From positions 527,081-591,080 of the forward strand of contig NW_005201287.1 in assembly GCF_000372725.1 (NCBI RefSeq): a stretch of DNA of 64,000 nt, in the 5' to 3' direction. Every line of letters begins with the position of its first letter. Within the stretch, counting starts at the first letter, position 1. This document shows positions 11,456 through 22,998 of the stretch, piece by piece. The translations under genes were made by a program, and so were the position numbers. The DNA comes from Emiliania huxleyi CCMP1516 (taxonomy: Eukaryota). The notes beneath the pieces were generated by a model. That model saw only the letters and a program-made list of their open reading frames with translations. It was not told the DNA's origin and ran no database searches.

Positions 11456-13150
11456 TCAGGCAGTCAGTTCCCCAACGTCGAGCCTCTCCCGCTCAGACCT
11501 CGCGGCCCGCGCCACCTGAACGAGTGATGCTACTTGCGGCCCTGTGGCCTCTTGCTCACCCCACGGGTTTGTCGAGTGTATCGCGCGCCTTGCGGGGGGG
11601 GCGCGGAAAAGAGGAACCGGCGAGGCGCAGCGCAGCACCAGCTCCCCCACCTCCTTCATCCTAAGCTTCAGCTCCGCCACCTGCTCCGCCAGCTCGGCAT
11701 TGGAGCGGCGCTTCGGCCGCGGACTTGGCATGCCGCCCCGCGCCTCCGTCGACGAGGAGCGGCGAGGTGAAGGATGGTCAAATGGATTGAGGTCCGTCGA
11801 CGAGGCAGGCGGTGCAGCGTTGTCCGTCGACGAGGAGCGGCGAGGTGGAGGATGGTCAAATGGATTGAGGTCCGTCGACGAGGCAGGCGGTGCAGCAACG
11901 AATTTGATGCTGCCCCGCGCGCCGTTGGCGCCGCGCTTGACAACCCGTTTGTCCGTCGACGAGGAGCGGCGAGGTGGAGGATGGTCAAATGGATTGTGAC
12001 TAGCGGAGCTCAAGGCCCTCCAGGGACTTGGCATGCCGCCCCGCGCCTCCTCCTCGTCGGGCTCCACGAGCCGCTTGTGAGGCGGCTTGCGCCGCCGGCA
12101 GCAGCAGCGGTAGAAGCAGAGCGCCAGGAAGAGCCACCCGGCTACTCCCAGCGCCAACTTCAGCGGGGACTTGGCGAGGATGGCTCGGCCAAGTTTAGCT
12201 TTAGCGAGATCGCGAAGGAGAGGGTGGAGAGCACTCGGAGTGGATGTCCGGTTCCGGTCGTCCAAGTTTAGCTTTAGCGAGTCGCCGAGGGGGCGCAGGC
12301 TCCACTCGCGCACCGCGCTCCCGTGTTCGGCGACCTTCTGGGCCCACCGCTCAGGGAGCAGCGCGCCCAGCTCCTTCTCCAGCTCCTTGACGACGGGCGC
12401 CACGGTCTCGTACCCCGTCCGCACCGTCTCGTTGAGCATCTCTACGAAGTCGGCGTAGAAGGGTGGGGGTGGGGCGAGCGGCGGCGGAGGCGGCGGCGGC
12501 GGCGGCGGCGGCGTCAGAGGCGGCGGGGTCGGAGGCGAGGGCGGGGCCGCGGGAGGCGGCGGCGGCGGGGTCGCTGGCGAGGGCGGGGCCGCGGGAGGCG
12601 AGAGAGGCGGCAGCGGCGGCGGCTTCGGTGGCGGCGGCGGCGGGGCCCCGGGAGGCGAAGGCGGCGGCGGCACGGAGCAGCAGCCGCGGCAATGCGGGCA
12701 GGTGTGGCCGGCCCAGGCCCACTGGAGGGAGGGGTTGGTGCAGGAGGTGCCGATAAAGTCTCCGCAGGTCTGGCCAAGGCACCGCGCGTCGGGGAAGGCA
12801 CACGGCAGGGGCAGTGGCGGGAGCGGCGGCGGCGGAGGCGACGGCGGCGGTGATAATATTTTTTCGTAGCACGTCGTGCCGCTCGAGGGCGTTGCGCCCG
12901 CAATCGCGTCCTCCGGCGCTTGCGCCTTATAGGTCTTGCACTCGACCTGACCTCCGACGAGCGGAGCGTAAACGCTGTAGCCGACGCAGAAAGCGTCGAC
13001 GTCGCAGGACCGGCGGCAAGTGGCGTGATTCTCTGCGTAGGAGAGGATGTTGAACCACGACGCGGAGTCGTACTTCCCAGGGCCGCCGGCGCGGGTTACA
13101 CACGCGCCAGCTCGCCCGAGGTACAGGAAAACCACCATATTGGAGCACAC
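11456..13150 (-). CDS. Pro-rich single-pass membrane protein with PAN/Apple-like Cys domain (5' end uncertain)
   Basis: CRRSCDVDAFCVGYSVY...ECKTY (PAN-like), SPPPSPPPPP linkers, a second Cys module, TM LALGVAGWLFLALCFY followed by RCCCRRRK, and cytoplasmic NPFDHPPPRRSSST repeats. Confidence 0.6.
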   Translation of the reverse strand: MCSNMVVFLYLGRAGACVTRAGGPGKYDSASWFNILSYAENHATCRRSCDVDAFCVGYSVYAPLVGGQVECKTYKAQAPEDAIAGATPSSGTTCYEKILSPPPSPPPPPLPPLPLPCAFPDARCLGQTCGDFIGTSCTNPSLQWAWAGHTCPHCRGCCSVPPPPSPPGAPPPPPPKPPPLPPLSPPAAPPSPATPPPPPPAAPPSPPTPPPLTPPPPPPPPPPPLAPPPPFYADFVEMLNETVRTGYETVAPVVKELEKELGALLPERWAQKVAEHGSAVREWSLRPLGDSLKLNLDDRNRTSTPSALHPLLRDLAKAKLGRAILAKSPLKLALGVAGWLFLALCFYRCCCRRRKPPHKRLVEPDEEEARGGMPSPWRALSSASHNPFDHPPPRRSSSTDKRVVKRGANGARGSIKFVAAPPASSTDLNPFDHPPPRRSSSTDNAAPPASSTDLNPFDHPSPRRSSSTEARGGMPSPRPKRRSNAELAEQVAELKLRMKEVGELVLRCASPVPLFRAPPARRAIHSTNPWGEQEATGPQVASLVQVARAARSERERLDVGELTA

Positions 13151-14616
13151 CTCGAGACGTGAACGCCGTCGGGGGTACTCGAAGAGTACCGCGGGATACG
13201 CGAAGAGAAGGCGCCGTTCATACTCGAGTAGAGAATGAATTTAAGGTGTAATCGAGTGAGGTCGGCGCGAGAGGCGGCGTCGGCTGAGCTGCGGACGTGG
13301 GCGCAAACGCGCAGGCGGCGCAGTAGCAACCATCCGTGGCCGCGGCGCGCGCAGCGCGGGGCTGGAGACGAAGGAGAAGAGAGCGACAGCATGGCAGATT
13401 TAGAGGGATTCAGACCATGGGGTGCCAATCCGGTTCCCGGCAGATTTAGAGCATGCAGGCGTTTTGAAAGAGAAAGCGGGTACAAGAAGAACATAACGCA
13501 CTCTCTCACGTTACAAGGGACAATCTGCAACAGGGAGGAGTTGGGCGACAAGACATGCGCAGAGGGCGGTAAAAAGCGAGGGCGGTAAAAAGCAGACGAC
13601 CCGGACACTGCTCCGCCGATAACGATTGGGGTAGGGGCCCTAACTCGTGATAGGCCACTATAGTTTCCCGCAGGAGACTCACGGAGACCCTCTTCATCTC
13701 CTTCCTCCTCAGCCTCTATGTTCTTCACGGACGCTCTCCGTGAATCCAGACATCTGTTACACCTTTTACCTCGTACATCTTTTACGGGCTTTCGGCAAAG
13801 CGCCGCCGTCTGGACGGCGAGAGAAGCCTAGAGAGAAGCGTAGGCTGCAGCCGAGAGCCGACCACCACCGGCCGGCCGGCGCCTCAAAAGAAGAGAGAGA
13901 AATTTTGAGACCCAACTCTCTTCACCTTGTGTGGGTGCGACCCATGCCTGCCCTGCCCATTGTCATTCATACGTCTCCATGCATGGCGCCAGGAATTCCT
14001 CTTTCTCCCGTGGTGTACCTGCCTGTGTGTTAGTGCCAGTGCGCGCCAGTCCCGTGCCCAGTGTCGAGTGTCGTGCCACGTGCGAGGGAGCTTTATTGTA
14101 AAATTCTTCTTTCATGGTTTGCCTGTGATAGTGCTAGACCGTAGACGCGCCAGTCCGCACCTGTGTCGAGCCTGTGTGCTGTGAGAGAGCGTTGTGTTCA
14201 TTCAATTCTTCTTTCTAATGGTGCAAAACGCTCGGGGACGCACGAGCAAAGGCCAAAGCTGATAGGTGATAGCTGTGCACACATGTACATGTGCATGTGC
14301 ATGCACATGTGCATGCACATGTGGCCGCCACCGTGCAACCGAGTCTTCTGGGGGCGAGACCGAGGAAGAGGCTCTATCACCCAGCTCTCGCGCGGTGCTG
14401 CAGAAACTCGCACAGCTCAAACTCACGAGTATCGAGTTGAGCTTCAAAGCTTGCCGAGGAGCAGAGCTGTGAGGCTGTGACGGAGGAAGAGAAGCAGAAA
14501 GAAGGCGCCAGAATAAAGATCGAAACACGAAAGTCCAACAAAAAATCGGGCACCTTCAAAAATCCGATTTCAGGTGCATGTATGTGCCCTTTTGTGCTTT
14601 TAGTTATTTAGAGAGA

Positions 14617-14619
<3 letters not shown>

Positions 14620-14698
<79 letters not shown>
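14620..14698. repeat. (GA)n microsatellite
   Basis: Perfect dinucleotide run. Confidence 0.95.
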
Positions 14699-14701
<3 letters not shown>

Positions 14702-14747
14702 CAAAATGCCTTGAAGAGAACACAGGCACACCATCACGCACGCAAAC

Positions 14748-16525
14748 GCACGCTCCTGCAAATCCCCTCTCGCCTCTGCCGGAGGCAATGGATGGGACGT
14801 CTTGCGAGCGGGGCGCCTCAGGGGCGCCCTCGCGACGACAAGCTCAACAGTACCCGAAAGGGGGGGGGGGGGGGGGTGCGGCGATGAACGTTAGCATCGC
14901 GCCGTGTTTCCCCACGCGCAAACAAAGGCCAGAGTCGCGCGGGTTGCAGCTGGCATTCTATGCTCCAGAGCATTCACAGACGCCGCATCGCCCCATTAAT
15001 CAGGCAGTCAGTGCCCCAACGTCGAGCCTCTCCCGCTCAGACCTCGCGGCCCGCGCCACCTGAGTGTGATGCTGCTTCCGGCCTTGTGGTCTTGAGCTCA
15101 CGGCGAGTGTATCGCGCGCCTTGCGGGGGGGGCGCGGAAAAGAGGAACCGGCGAGACGCAGCGCATCACCAGCCCCCCCATCTCCTTCATCCTAAGCTCC
15201 TGCCAATGAAGGGCATCGGAGCGGCGCTTCGGCCGCGGACTTGGCATGCCGCCCCGCGCCTCCTCCTCGTCGGGCTCCACGAGCCGCTTGTGAGGCGGCT
15301 TGCGCCGCCGGCAGCAGCAGCGGTAGAAGCAGAGCGCCAGGAAGAGACACCCGGCTACTCCCAGCGCCAACTTCAGCGGGGACTTGGCGAGGATGTCTCG
15401 GCCAAGTTTAGCTTTAGCGAGATCGCGAAGGAGAGGGGGGAGAGCACTCGGAGTGGATGTCCGGTTCCGGTCGTCCAAGTTTAGCTTTAGCGAGTCGCCG
15501 AGGGGGCGCAGGCTCCACTCGCGCACCGCGCTCCCGTGTTCGGCGACCTTCTGGGCCCACCGCTCAGGGAGCAGCGCGCCCAGCTCCTTCTCCAGCTCCT
15601 TGACGACGGGCGCCACGGTCTCGTACCCCGTCCGCACCGTCCCGTCGAGCATCTCGACGAAGTCGGCGTAGAAGGGTGGGGGTGGGGCGAGCGGCGGCGG
15701 CGGCGGCGACGTCGGAGGCGGCGGGGTCGGAGGCGAGGGCGGGGCCGCGGGAGGCGGCGGCGGCGGGGCCGCTGGCGAGGGCGGGGCCGCGGGAGGAGGC
15801 GGCGGCGGCGGCGGCGGGGCCGCGGGAGGCGAAGGCGGCGGCTGCACGGAGCAGCAGCCGCGGCATTGCGGGCAGGTGTGGCCGGCCCAGAGTCCCTGGA
15901 GGGAGGGGCTGGTGCAGGAGGTGCGGATAAAGTCTCCGCAGGTCTGGCCAAGGCACCGCGCGTCGGGGAAGACACACGAGGTTGGCTGGAGGTCCATATT
16001 GGAATCCAAAAAAGCCGACGGGGGTACTGAGGCGCCGTTCATAGAGAATGATTTGAATACAGTGAGTGAGGTCCCCGGAATATGGTTTGGTACTTTGGCC
16101 GAGCTGGCGCGTGTGTAACCCGCGCCGGCGGCCCTGGGAAGTACGACTCCGCGTCGTGGTTCAACAGCCTCTCCTACGCAGAGAATCACGCCACTTGCCG
16201 CCGGTCCTGCGACGTCGACGCTTTCTGCGTCGGCTACAGCGTTTACGCTCCGCTCGTCGGAGGTCAGGTCGAGTGCAAGACCTATAAGGCGCAAGCACCG
16301 GAGGACGCGATTGCGGGCGCAACGCCCTCGAGCGGCACGACGTGCTACGCAAAAAAATATTCACCGCCGCCGTCGCCTCCGCCGCCGCCGCTCCCGCCAC
16401 TGCCCCCGCCGTGTGTCTTCCCCGACGCGCTGTGCCTTGGCCAGACCTGCGGAGACTTGATCGGCACCTCTCCTGCACCAGCCCCTCCCTCCAGGGACTC
16501 TGTCTGTGGGCCGGCCACACCTGCC
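14748..16525 (-). pseudogene. Rearranged duplicate of the 11210-13150 PAN-like membrane protein locus
   Basis: 14748-15978 is a near-identical direct copy of about 11210-12805 with indels; 16100-16525 is an inverted copy of about 12700-13115 (PAN-like domain). Confidence 0.75.
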
Positions 16526-17669
16526 CTGCCGCCGAGGGCGGCTACGCCACCTCGCCACCGCCATCGGCGTGAGGGCGGCGCGTCGAGGAAGCAGAGCGCC
16601 GAGACGCCACGAGGCGGCCAGTTCCGGGGCGCGGGGGTCTCTCTACAGCCCAGGCGTCCGGCAAAGAGTGTAAACCCTGGATCCCATGGGTCAAAATCCT
16701 CAAGCGCCATCGCCACTTACTTGCCGCGCACGCCCTACTCTCAGCCTCCGTGCGCAAAAGGCCGACGCACGCCCGACTTGTGCACAACGGCGGTGACTAG
16801 GTCCGGCCTAGGGTGGCACAGATCTGACGTTTTGTGTCTGTGTCTGTAAGTATAAAGATGAGAGTGAGGTTGAACCGGACCCAATCAAAGTCGGCGGGTT
16901 TCGAAGGGGGGGGTAACGGCGGGCGCATTTGGGCACATGACAGGGAGAACTCTGTGGTGGACCCGCTGGGCGAAAGGAGCTCGCAGACCGTTGCAGCCTC
17001 ACGATGTCATTGAGCGGAGCGAGTGCGAGCGCGGCGGCCAAGCAGCGGCACCAGCCACCAGGAGCAGCGGCGAGCTGACACGAGCGCGCTCGTCGATGCG
17101 GCGAGGGGGCAGAGGCAGATGCCCGAGCTGCCGCCGTACGTGCCAGAATTCGACCTCGCGTTCTTTCAGATGCTGGGCGCGGTGGAGCTGTCCGGTCGGA
17201 GCCAGAAGACCCAGCCACTGGCGATGACGAGACGATGATGCAGGAGGCCGCCGTCGACATTGCCCTCCAGCTTTTGACGGATGACGGGGGGCTGCAAGCG
17301 CTGCTCGCATCTGATGAACCGAGCGCAGAGAGGGTTGCGCTGGAGGGCGCCGACAACGCGCTTGCAAACTCGCGTGCGAGGTCTTTAGGTTAGGTGTAGG
17401 AAGGTGAAGAACGGCCAGGCTCGGACTGGACACCAACGCGGTATGGGTGGACGCTGGACAGATGATGACGACACGCACGAGCGACACACAGACACAAAAG
17501 GCTCGAGGTTGGATCAGCTTTACTGACATCATCAGATCCGTGTTTTTCTCGTTGTTTTGAAACGGCGACCGGCGACCATCTCTTCCGACTCCGGCTTCGG
17601 CTGTCCCTGGTAGTCGACAAGCTGCCGAGCCCAAATCACTGTCAGTGCCAGATTTTCTTGTTGGCTTTT

Positions 17670-17773
<104 letters not shown>

Positions 17774-18008
17774 TTGTCCCTCGCTCCGCTCGCCACCTCA
17801 CGCTCTCGGGTCCAGCCATGGCCAGTACCCCGCGTCTCAGTGAGACGCGTGGTACCATCCTGTTCCCGGGCATTCACACTATATTCCTCTGAGATAATAT
17901 TATATTTCGCCGCCACCGCGGCGCGCGCGCTTTATCCGCGCGCTATATTAGTTGAGCCAAACTTGTGTTCTTGTTTTGGATCAAACTTGTTACAGCTCAG
18001 CGAACGCG

Positions 18009-18893
18009 ATGCGGCCTCTGCCTAGCCTCCTGCTCCTATGCGCGAGCTACGGCGTGACCGCTATCGCGTATGGCTTCCCCTCCGGGAAGCACGGCCTCGA
18101 CTACTGCATCGCCGAGGCCGACACCACCAGCGACATGACAGCGTCGACCACCATGGCACCTCCACCATGGACAAGCCTTGCACCATGTATGTCAGCCACC
18201 ACCTGGGCGCCTGGCGTGTGCGAGCACAACCCTATGCGGGATGAAGGATCTGAACAATGCATTCGACCGGCCTCTTTGAGCCCGTCCGAGTCCGCCATTT
18301 GTTTCGACGATCCATTTTTTGACTTCTTCCTCGCTATTTGCAGACTTCAGACCAGTACAAGTGAGGACACGTGTGCCTCCACTCACACTACCTCTCAGGC
18401 GATGGAGCACGCGCTACAGTCGGCTCCTGAGGCCTCATCCACCCACTGCGGCCAATCTGAATTTTCGGCCCTCCGCAGCCCCGCGATACAGGTGCACTCA
18501 TGGCCCAATACGATGGCGCTACAATTCATGAGGCACGGGACTCTTGCTGCGACAACCCAGCCCCATAGGAAGCCTGCGACACACATGCCGCCGCCACCTT
18601 TGCTGGATTACTCAATGCTGCCCATTCTTCTGGGTCAATGCGACGGGAACGGCTTCCTTTGCCTCCAAAATGTTTCACCGTGGAACGCTACATTTGACCC
18701 TACACCTTGGCAGAAAGTCCTTCCCCGGGACCACTCGGACACGTCGAGTGCAGGAGAGGCATTGCACCATGGGACATGTTCTTCTGACCGCTATCGCGTA
18801 CATCCAACTCCGGTCGATGGGCTCGAATGCGCTCAGCCTCAGGAGGGACAAAACCACGCGAATTCTGCACGCCTCGCTGCGCCGCTGGCTTGA
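18009..18893 (+). CDS. Hypothetical secreted Cys-containing protein (possibly spliced and extending to about 19444)
   Basis: Signal-peptide-like MRPLPSLLLLCASYGVTAIA at the start of a long ORF in lower-GC DNA; no family recognised. Confidence 0.35.
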   Translation: MRPLPSLLLLCASYGVTAIAYGFPSGKHGLDYCIAEADTTSDMTASTTMAPPPWTSLAPCMSATTWAPGVCEHNPMRDEGSEQCIRPASLSPSESAICFDDPFFDFFLAICRLQTSTSEDTCASTHTTSQAMEHALQSAPEASSTHCGQSEFSALRSPAIQVHSWPNTMALQFMRHGTLAATTQPHRKPATHMPPPPLLDYSMLPILLGQCDGNGFLCLQNVSPWNATFDPTPWQKVLPRDHSDTSSAGEALHHGTCSSDRYRVHPTPVDGLECAQPQEGQNHANSARLAAPLA

Positions 18894-20460
18894 CTGAATC
18901 AGGCAGCAGCAGGCTGCTGCTGCTGCCACAGCAGCAGTCTGCTGCGGCCCCAATACGCAAGTTAATGACCAGCATTGCTGCCGGGGGCATTCGAGCCGCC
19001 ACAGCCGGTGTGCGGCCGTGCACTGCCACCTGCCCGCGGCTACGCACATGTGCGCTCGCATTGGATGACGCCCTGCTGATGGACCTGCGTCGCCTAGCTG
19101 CACGAGAGCAATGCCGCACGAGCGGCGGCCGTAGCATACACTGCGAGCACACTCGGTGCAGCTGCGAGGTGCAGCAAGAGCACGTCGTTCCTGCCTCTGA
19201 TGCCACTCTCGCGGCTTGCAGCGCGTCACTCCATGGTCACTCGCGCATGCTCTCCAGGAGCTATGGCGGGCGTGTGTGTGGTTGTAGCCTGTGTTTGGCC
19301 GGTGTTCTCCTGACCCGTTTACTATCAGTACCATGCCTGGGGGCCACAATAATCGCACACGGGGAGCGGCTCAGGGGCCCAGTGAAGCCGCGGAATCGCC
19401 AAATGTCACAACCCATGCCACCCAGGGCTGGACCTAGTCGGTAGTCCGGTGTGCCCGCCGGCGCCGCCGCGCAGGTACAGGTGAAAGAAAATTTGAGGCA
19501 ACCCCCCAAATGATCACGGCCGACTTCGCCCGCATTATAGAGGCTCCCGCCGATCTTAGACCGCGTAAGCACCCCAGCGTGACGCGTCACACTTAGACCC
19601 GCTAAGCCTCGCGAGGCTCAGAACTTAGCCCGCTACTACCCAACCTGCAACCAGTGTGGACTGTGGTCTGTCCGTCTGTGGACTCTGTGTGCGGCAGTGT
19701 GCGCGGCACGCGGTGCCGCGCACGTGTACGTGTGTCGAGATCCGCTGTTCCACCTCAGCCGCGTGCGCTTAGCCAGAGAAAGGACGGCGTATCGATGCGA
19801 GCAATGCCAATGGGGGTTGGGGGCTGATAGGGGGTTAGGGGCGTATTTCAAGAGACCTGTGAGGCAGCTGCGAGCTGGCCGTCAGGAGGTTGGTGTGTCG
19901 GCACACAAGCACAAACGCGCTCACTGGATGCTGCAGTACGATACGCTCCAACCCCACCACTCATCGGTCGGCTCCTGGGTCTGGGGCACGATCACCGGCA
20001 TCAGTGTAGAGTCGCCGGCTTGGGTAGAGTCGCCGCCACCCTTGGGCGCTGCAGCTCGGCTGCCAACTCTCCAGTCGCAAAAGTCGTCCGACGAGGACGC
20101 GTCGTCGCTGCTCGCCACGCCCCACTCCTCCAGGAGGCGGGCGATGACCGCCGAGAGCGGCTCTGGCTGCGGCGGAGGCGGCGGAGAGAGAAAGAAGCCT
20201 CGAGCAGCGCCTACCTCTGTGATGGACGACCAAGAGGTCCTCACGGGCATCCACGAGCGAGCTCGGGGCTGCACCTGCTCCTTGCGCGGGGGCAGCCTGT
20301 CCCTCTTCAGAAGCTCGGCAGGCAGTGGACGTGATAGCGGTGAACCGGTCGCGGGTCGGGTCGCGCGGGCCGCTGCGCGCCTGTGGTGGGTTTTTTGTTT
20401 TTAATTTGTTTCGGTTTTTAATGCAGAGATTTCTTTTGGTTGCGGCACACTCGTTGCCCG

Positions 20461-22114
20461 ATGAACGGCGAAGCGAGCATCCGCTGCGTCGTCCACCTGC
20501 GCGGCCTTCTCTGGTCGTGCACGCCTGACGACGTGCGAGCATCTGTCTCGCCGCTCCTTCCTGCCCGTTGTTTCTTGCACGATGTCTTCCTGCCGCTCGA
20601 TGCACGGGCGCGCCCCTCCGGCACCGCCGTGCTCGTGCTGCACGCGGAGCGGCCTGCCGCCGCCTCGAGCGAGCGCAGCGTCGACGCGGCGGTCGCCGCC
20701 GCCGCACGCCGCATCGCAGTCGCTCTGGACGGCGCGGTCGTTCGCGGCGATGACGATGCCTCAGAGTCCGTGCGCCACCTCCGTGCCACGCCTTCGTCCG
20801 CCCGCGCGCTCAAGGAGAGCCGCGCCCGCTCGTCTGCCGCCGCCGCTCGTGCTTTGTCGCTCGCGCCGCAGAGCTTCAATGCAGGCGCCGCAGCCGCCAC
20901 CACTGCCATTGCCGCTGCTCCGAGCCGTCGTGACTTTGTCGTCGTCTGCCACGCGGCGGCGGCGGCGGCGAGTGGCGCCTTTGAGCTGTCGGACCTCAGC
21001 CGTGGGCGCGTCGACCTCATCGCGAGGTGATCCCTCTCCTCCTCGCCCCGCACGGTCATGTCCAGATCACGCCCAAGACACGTCCACAACACACGACCAC
21101 CCCGTTCTGCAGATGCGCCTCTGCCGCCCTCTTCACGTCGCACGGCGTCCGGCGCGGCTGCCGCCTCTGGCTGCCTCTCGTCGGTGCGCTCCGCCTCGCC
21201 ACCCGCACACTGCCCGCACACAGGGCCGCCACCTCAGACGCGTCCACCGCGCACCTCACCCTGATTCCGCGCCACAGCCCGCGATCATACCCTCATCTTC
21301 GAGATTGTATTTGTCGAGGCGCCCACCACACTCGCGTGTCCGTCCAGGCGGCGGCCTCACCCTCTGTCTCGACGGAGACCGCGCGCGCCGGCTGAGGCCC
21401 GGCGAGCGCTCGACCTATCGAGCATTGGCGAGGATTACTTACTTCATACGTCGAGCTTACAGGCCCGACGAGCGCTCAATCGCCGCGCCTCTCCGCGTGG
21501 TGCTGAGGCGGCACGTGCAGGAGGTGGTGCCCGGGGGGGAGGAGGAGGCTGCGGCCTCGGACACGGCTGCAGCACCCGCCGGTGTGGCTGGGGAAGCGGA
21601 GGGGGGTGGTGGGGTGGACGGCGGCGGCGAGGGCGGCGGCGGCGGCGGCGGCGGCGAGCGTGGCAAAGGAGGTAGCGGTCTCGGAGGCGGCGAGTGGAGT
21701 TCGCAAGGGTGGAGCGTGCACGGTGGCGACAGCCTCGAGTCGCTGCTTGACAAGCTTGGGTGCGCGTCGGCGGAGGGGGGGCGGTGCGGCGGGCGGGGCG
21801 CCTGCGGTGGCCGCACGCGGCTGGTTGCGCTGCACGAGGGCGGCGGACCGCTCGGGCGAGTGGTCGCCTCCAGCGCCGCGCACGAGGCTGGCGGGCGGGC
21901 GGCTGGCGGCGGGCGGGAGGCGGGCGAACCGGCTGGTGGGGAGAGGCGGAGGGTGGTGGCAGTGCTGGGGGACCACCTCGGCCTTACGACGCAGGAGGAG
22001 GAGGCGCTTCGGAGGCGCGGCGCCGCCTTCTGCACGGTCGGCCCGACGGCACTGCTCAGCAGCCACTGCATCGTCCTCGCCCACCACGCCCTCGACATCC
22101 TGGATGCGGGGTGA
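20461..22114 (+). CDS. trmY: RRM-like domain fused to TrmY-family SPOUT tRNA (pseudouridine54-N1)-methyltransferase
   Basis: Predicted exons 20461-21026, 21113-21183, 21348-21396, 21463-22114. Spliced protein: RDFVVVCH...FELSDLSRGRVDLIARCASAALFTSHGVR...LCLDGDRARRLRPDERSIA...LHEGG...VLGDHLGLTTQEEEAL...VGPTALLSSHCIVLAHHALD, collinear with TrmY motifs (GRxDxxxRC, SHxxR, PDERS, LxDH, LGP, H, LD). N-terminal VHLRGLLWSCTPDDV...RPSGTA resembles an hnRNP F/H-type RRM. Confidence 0.85.
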
Positions 22115-22998
22115 CCGCACCACCACCAAGCACATTTGTCTTGTGAGAGACCGGGCCCGCGGCGAGTCTCAGTGGCGGGGTGGGGCTGCGCGCGCTGGGG
22201 GGGCAGGGGGATGTACGAAGAGATTAAGAGTAGCAGGGACCCGAGGGACCAGATGTGGAAGACGGCTAGTAGTCCCCCACCGGGAGGACGACCCCGGCTA
22301 GTCGCCGACCGGACCACACCCACACTAGAACCCCTCACAAAAGATCGCACGGGCGGGGACCTCACGGACCTGTTCCTTTTTACCCATCTCTCACAGTAGA
22401 GCTGTCCTTTTTTATTTATTTCAAAAGACCGAGAGGCCCACGCGCCACAGCCCACACGCCCCACGGGCACCGCGCGGCCACGCAACCCTTGTCCCGCTTG
22501 CGTGTATGTGTGAGCAGCTACGAGCCCGGGGAGAGAAGAGTCTGCCAGGAGACTGAGTGGATTCCTGAGGTTCGCGTTTTTCTTTAGGATTCTATTGCCC
22601 TTGGGCCTTGGCAAGCCCTTGGCCAGCCCCCCCTGCGGGCTCTTGATCGCTCCCTCGTCGCGGTCTCTTCGGAGTTCGGTCTCGCGCGTGCCGTCTCTCT
22701 CGCTATCTAACATTGAATCATCCCTTGATGCGGACGATTCTTTTCGCTGTATCCGCGGCGAGATGTGGCGGGATGCCGCAGGATAATACCGCGTGATTCC
22801 TTGGGTGGGAGATTACCGCGGGGGAGATACCGGGATACGGTACGACACAGGGCAGATACGGGGAGATACAGGTGACACATTAGATACGGGCAGAGCGGCA
22901 GACACGGGCAGATACGGGGAGAGGGGGAGAAAGGGAGGGATACGGGAGTTAGCGCAAAAGAATCGCGCCACAAACACAGCGTCTCCACGCTGGAACAA

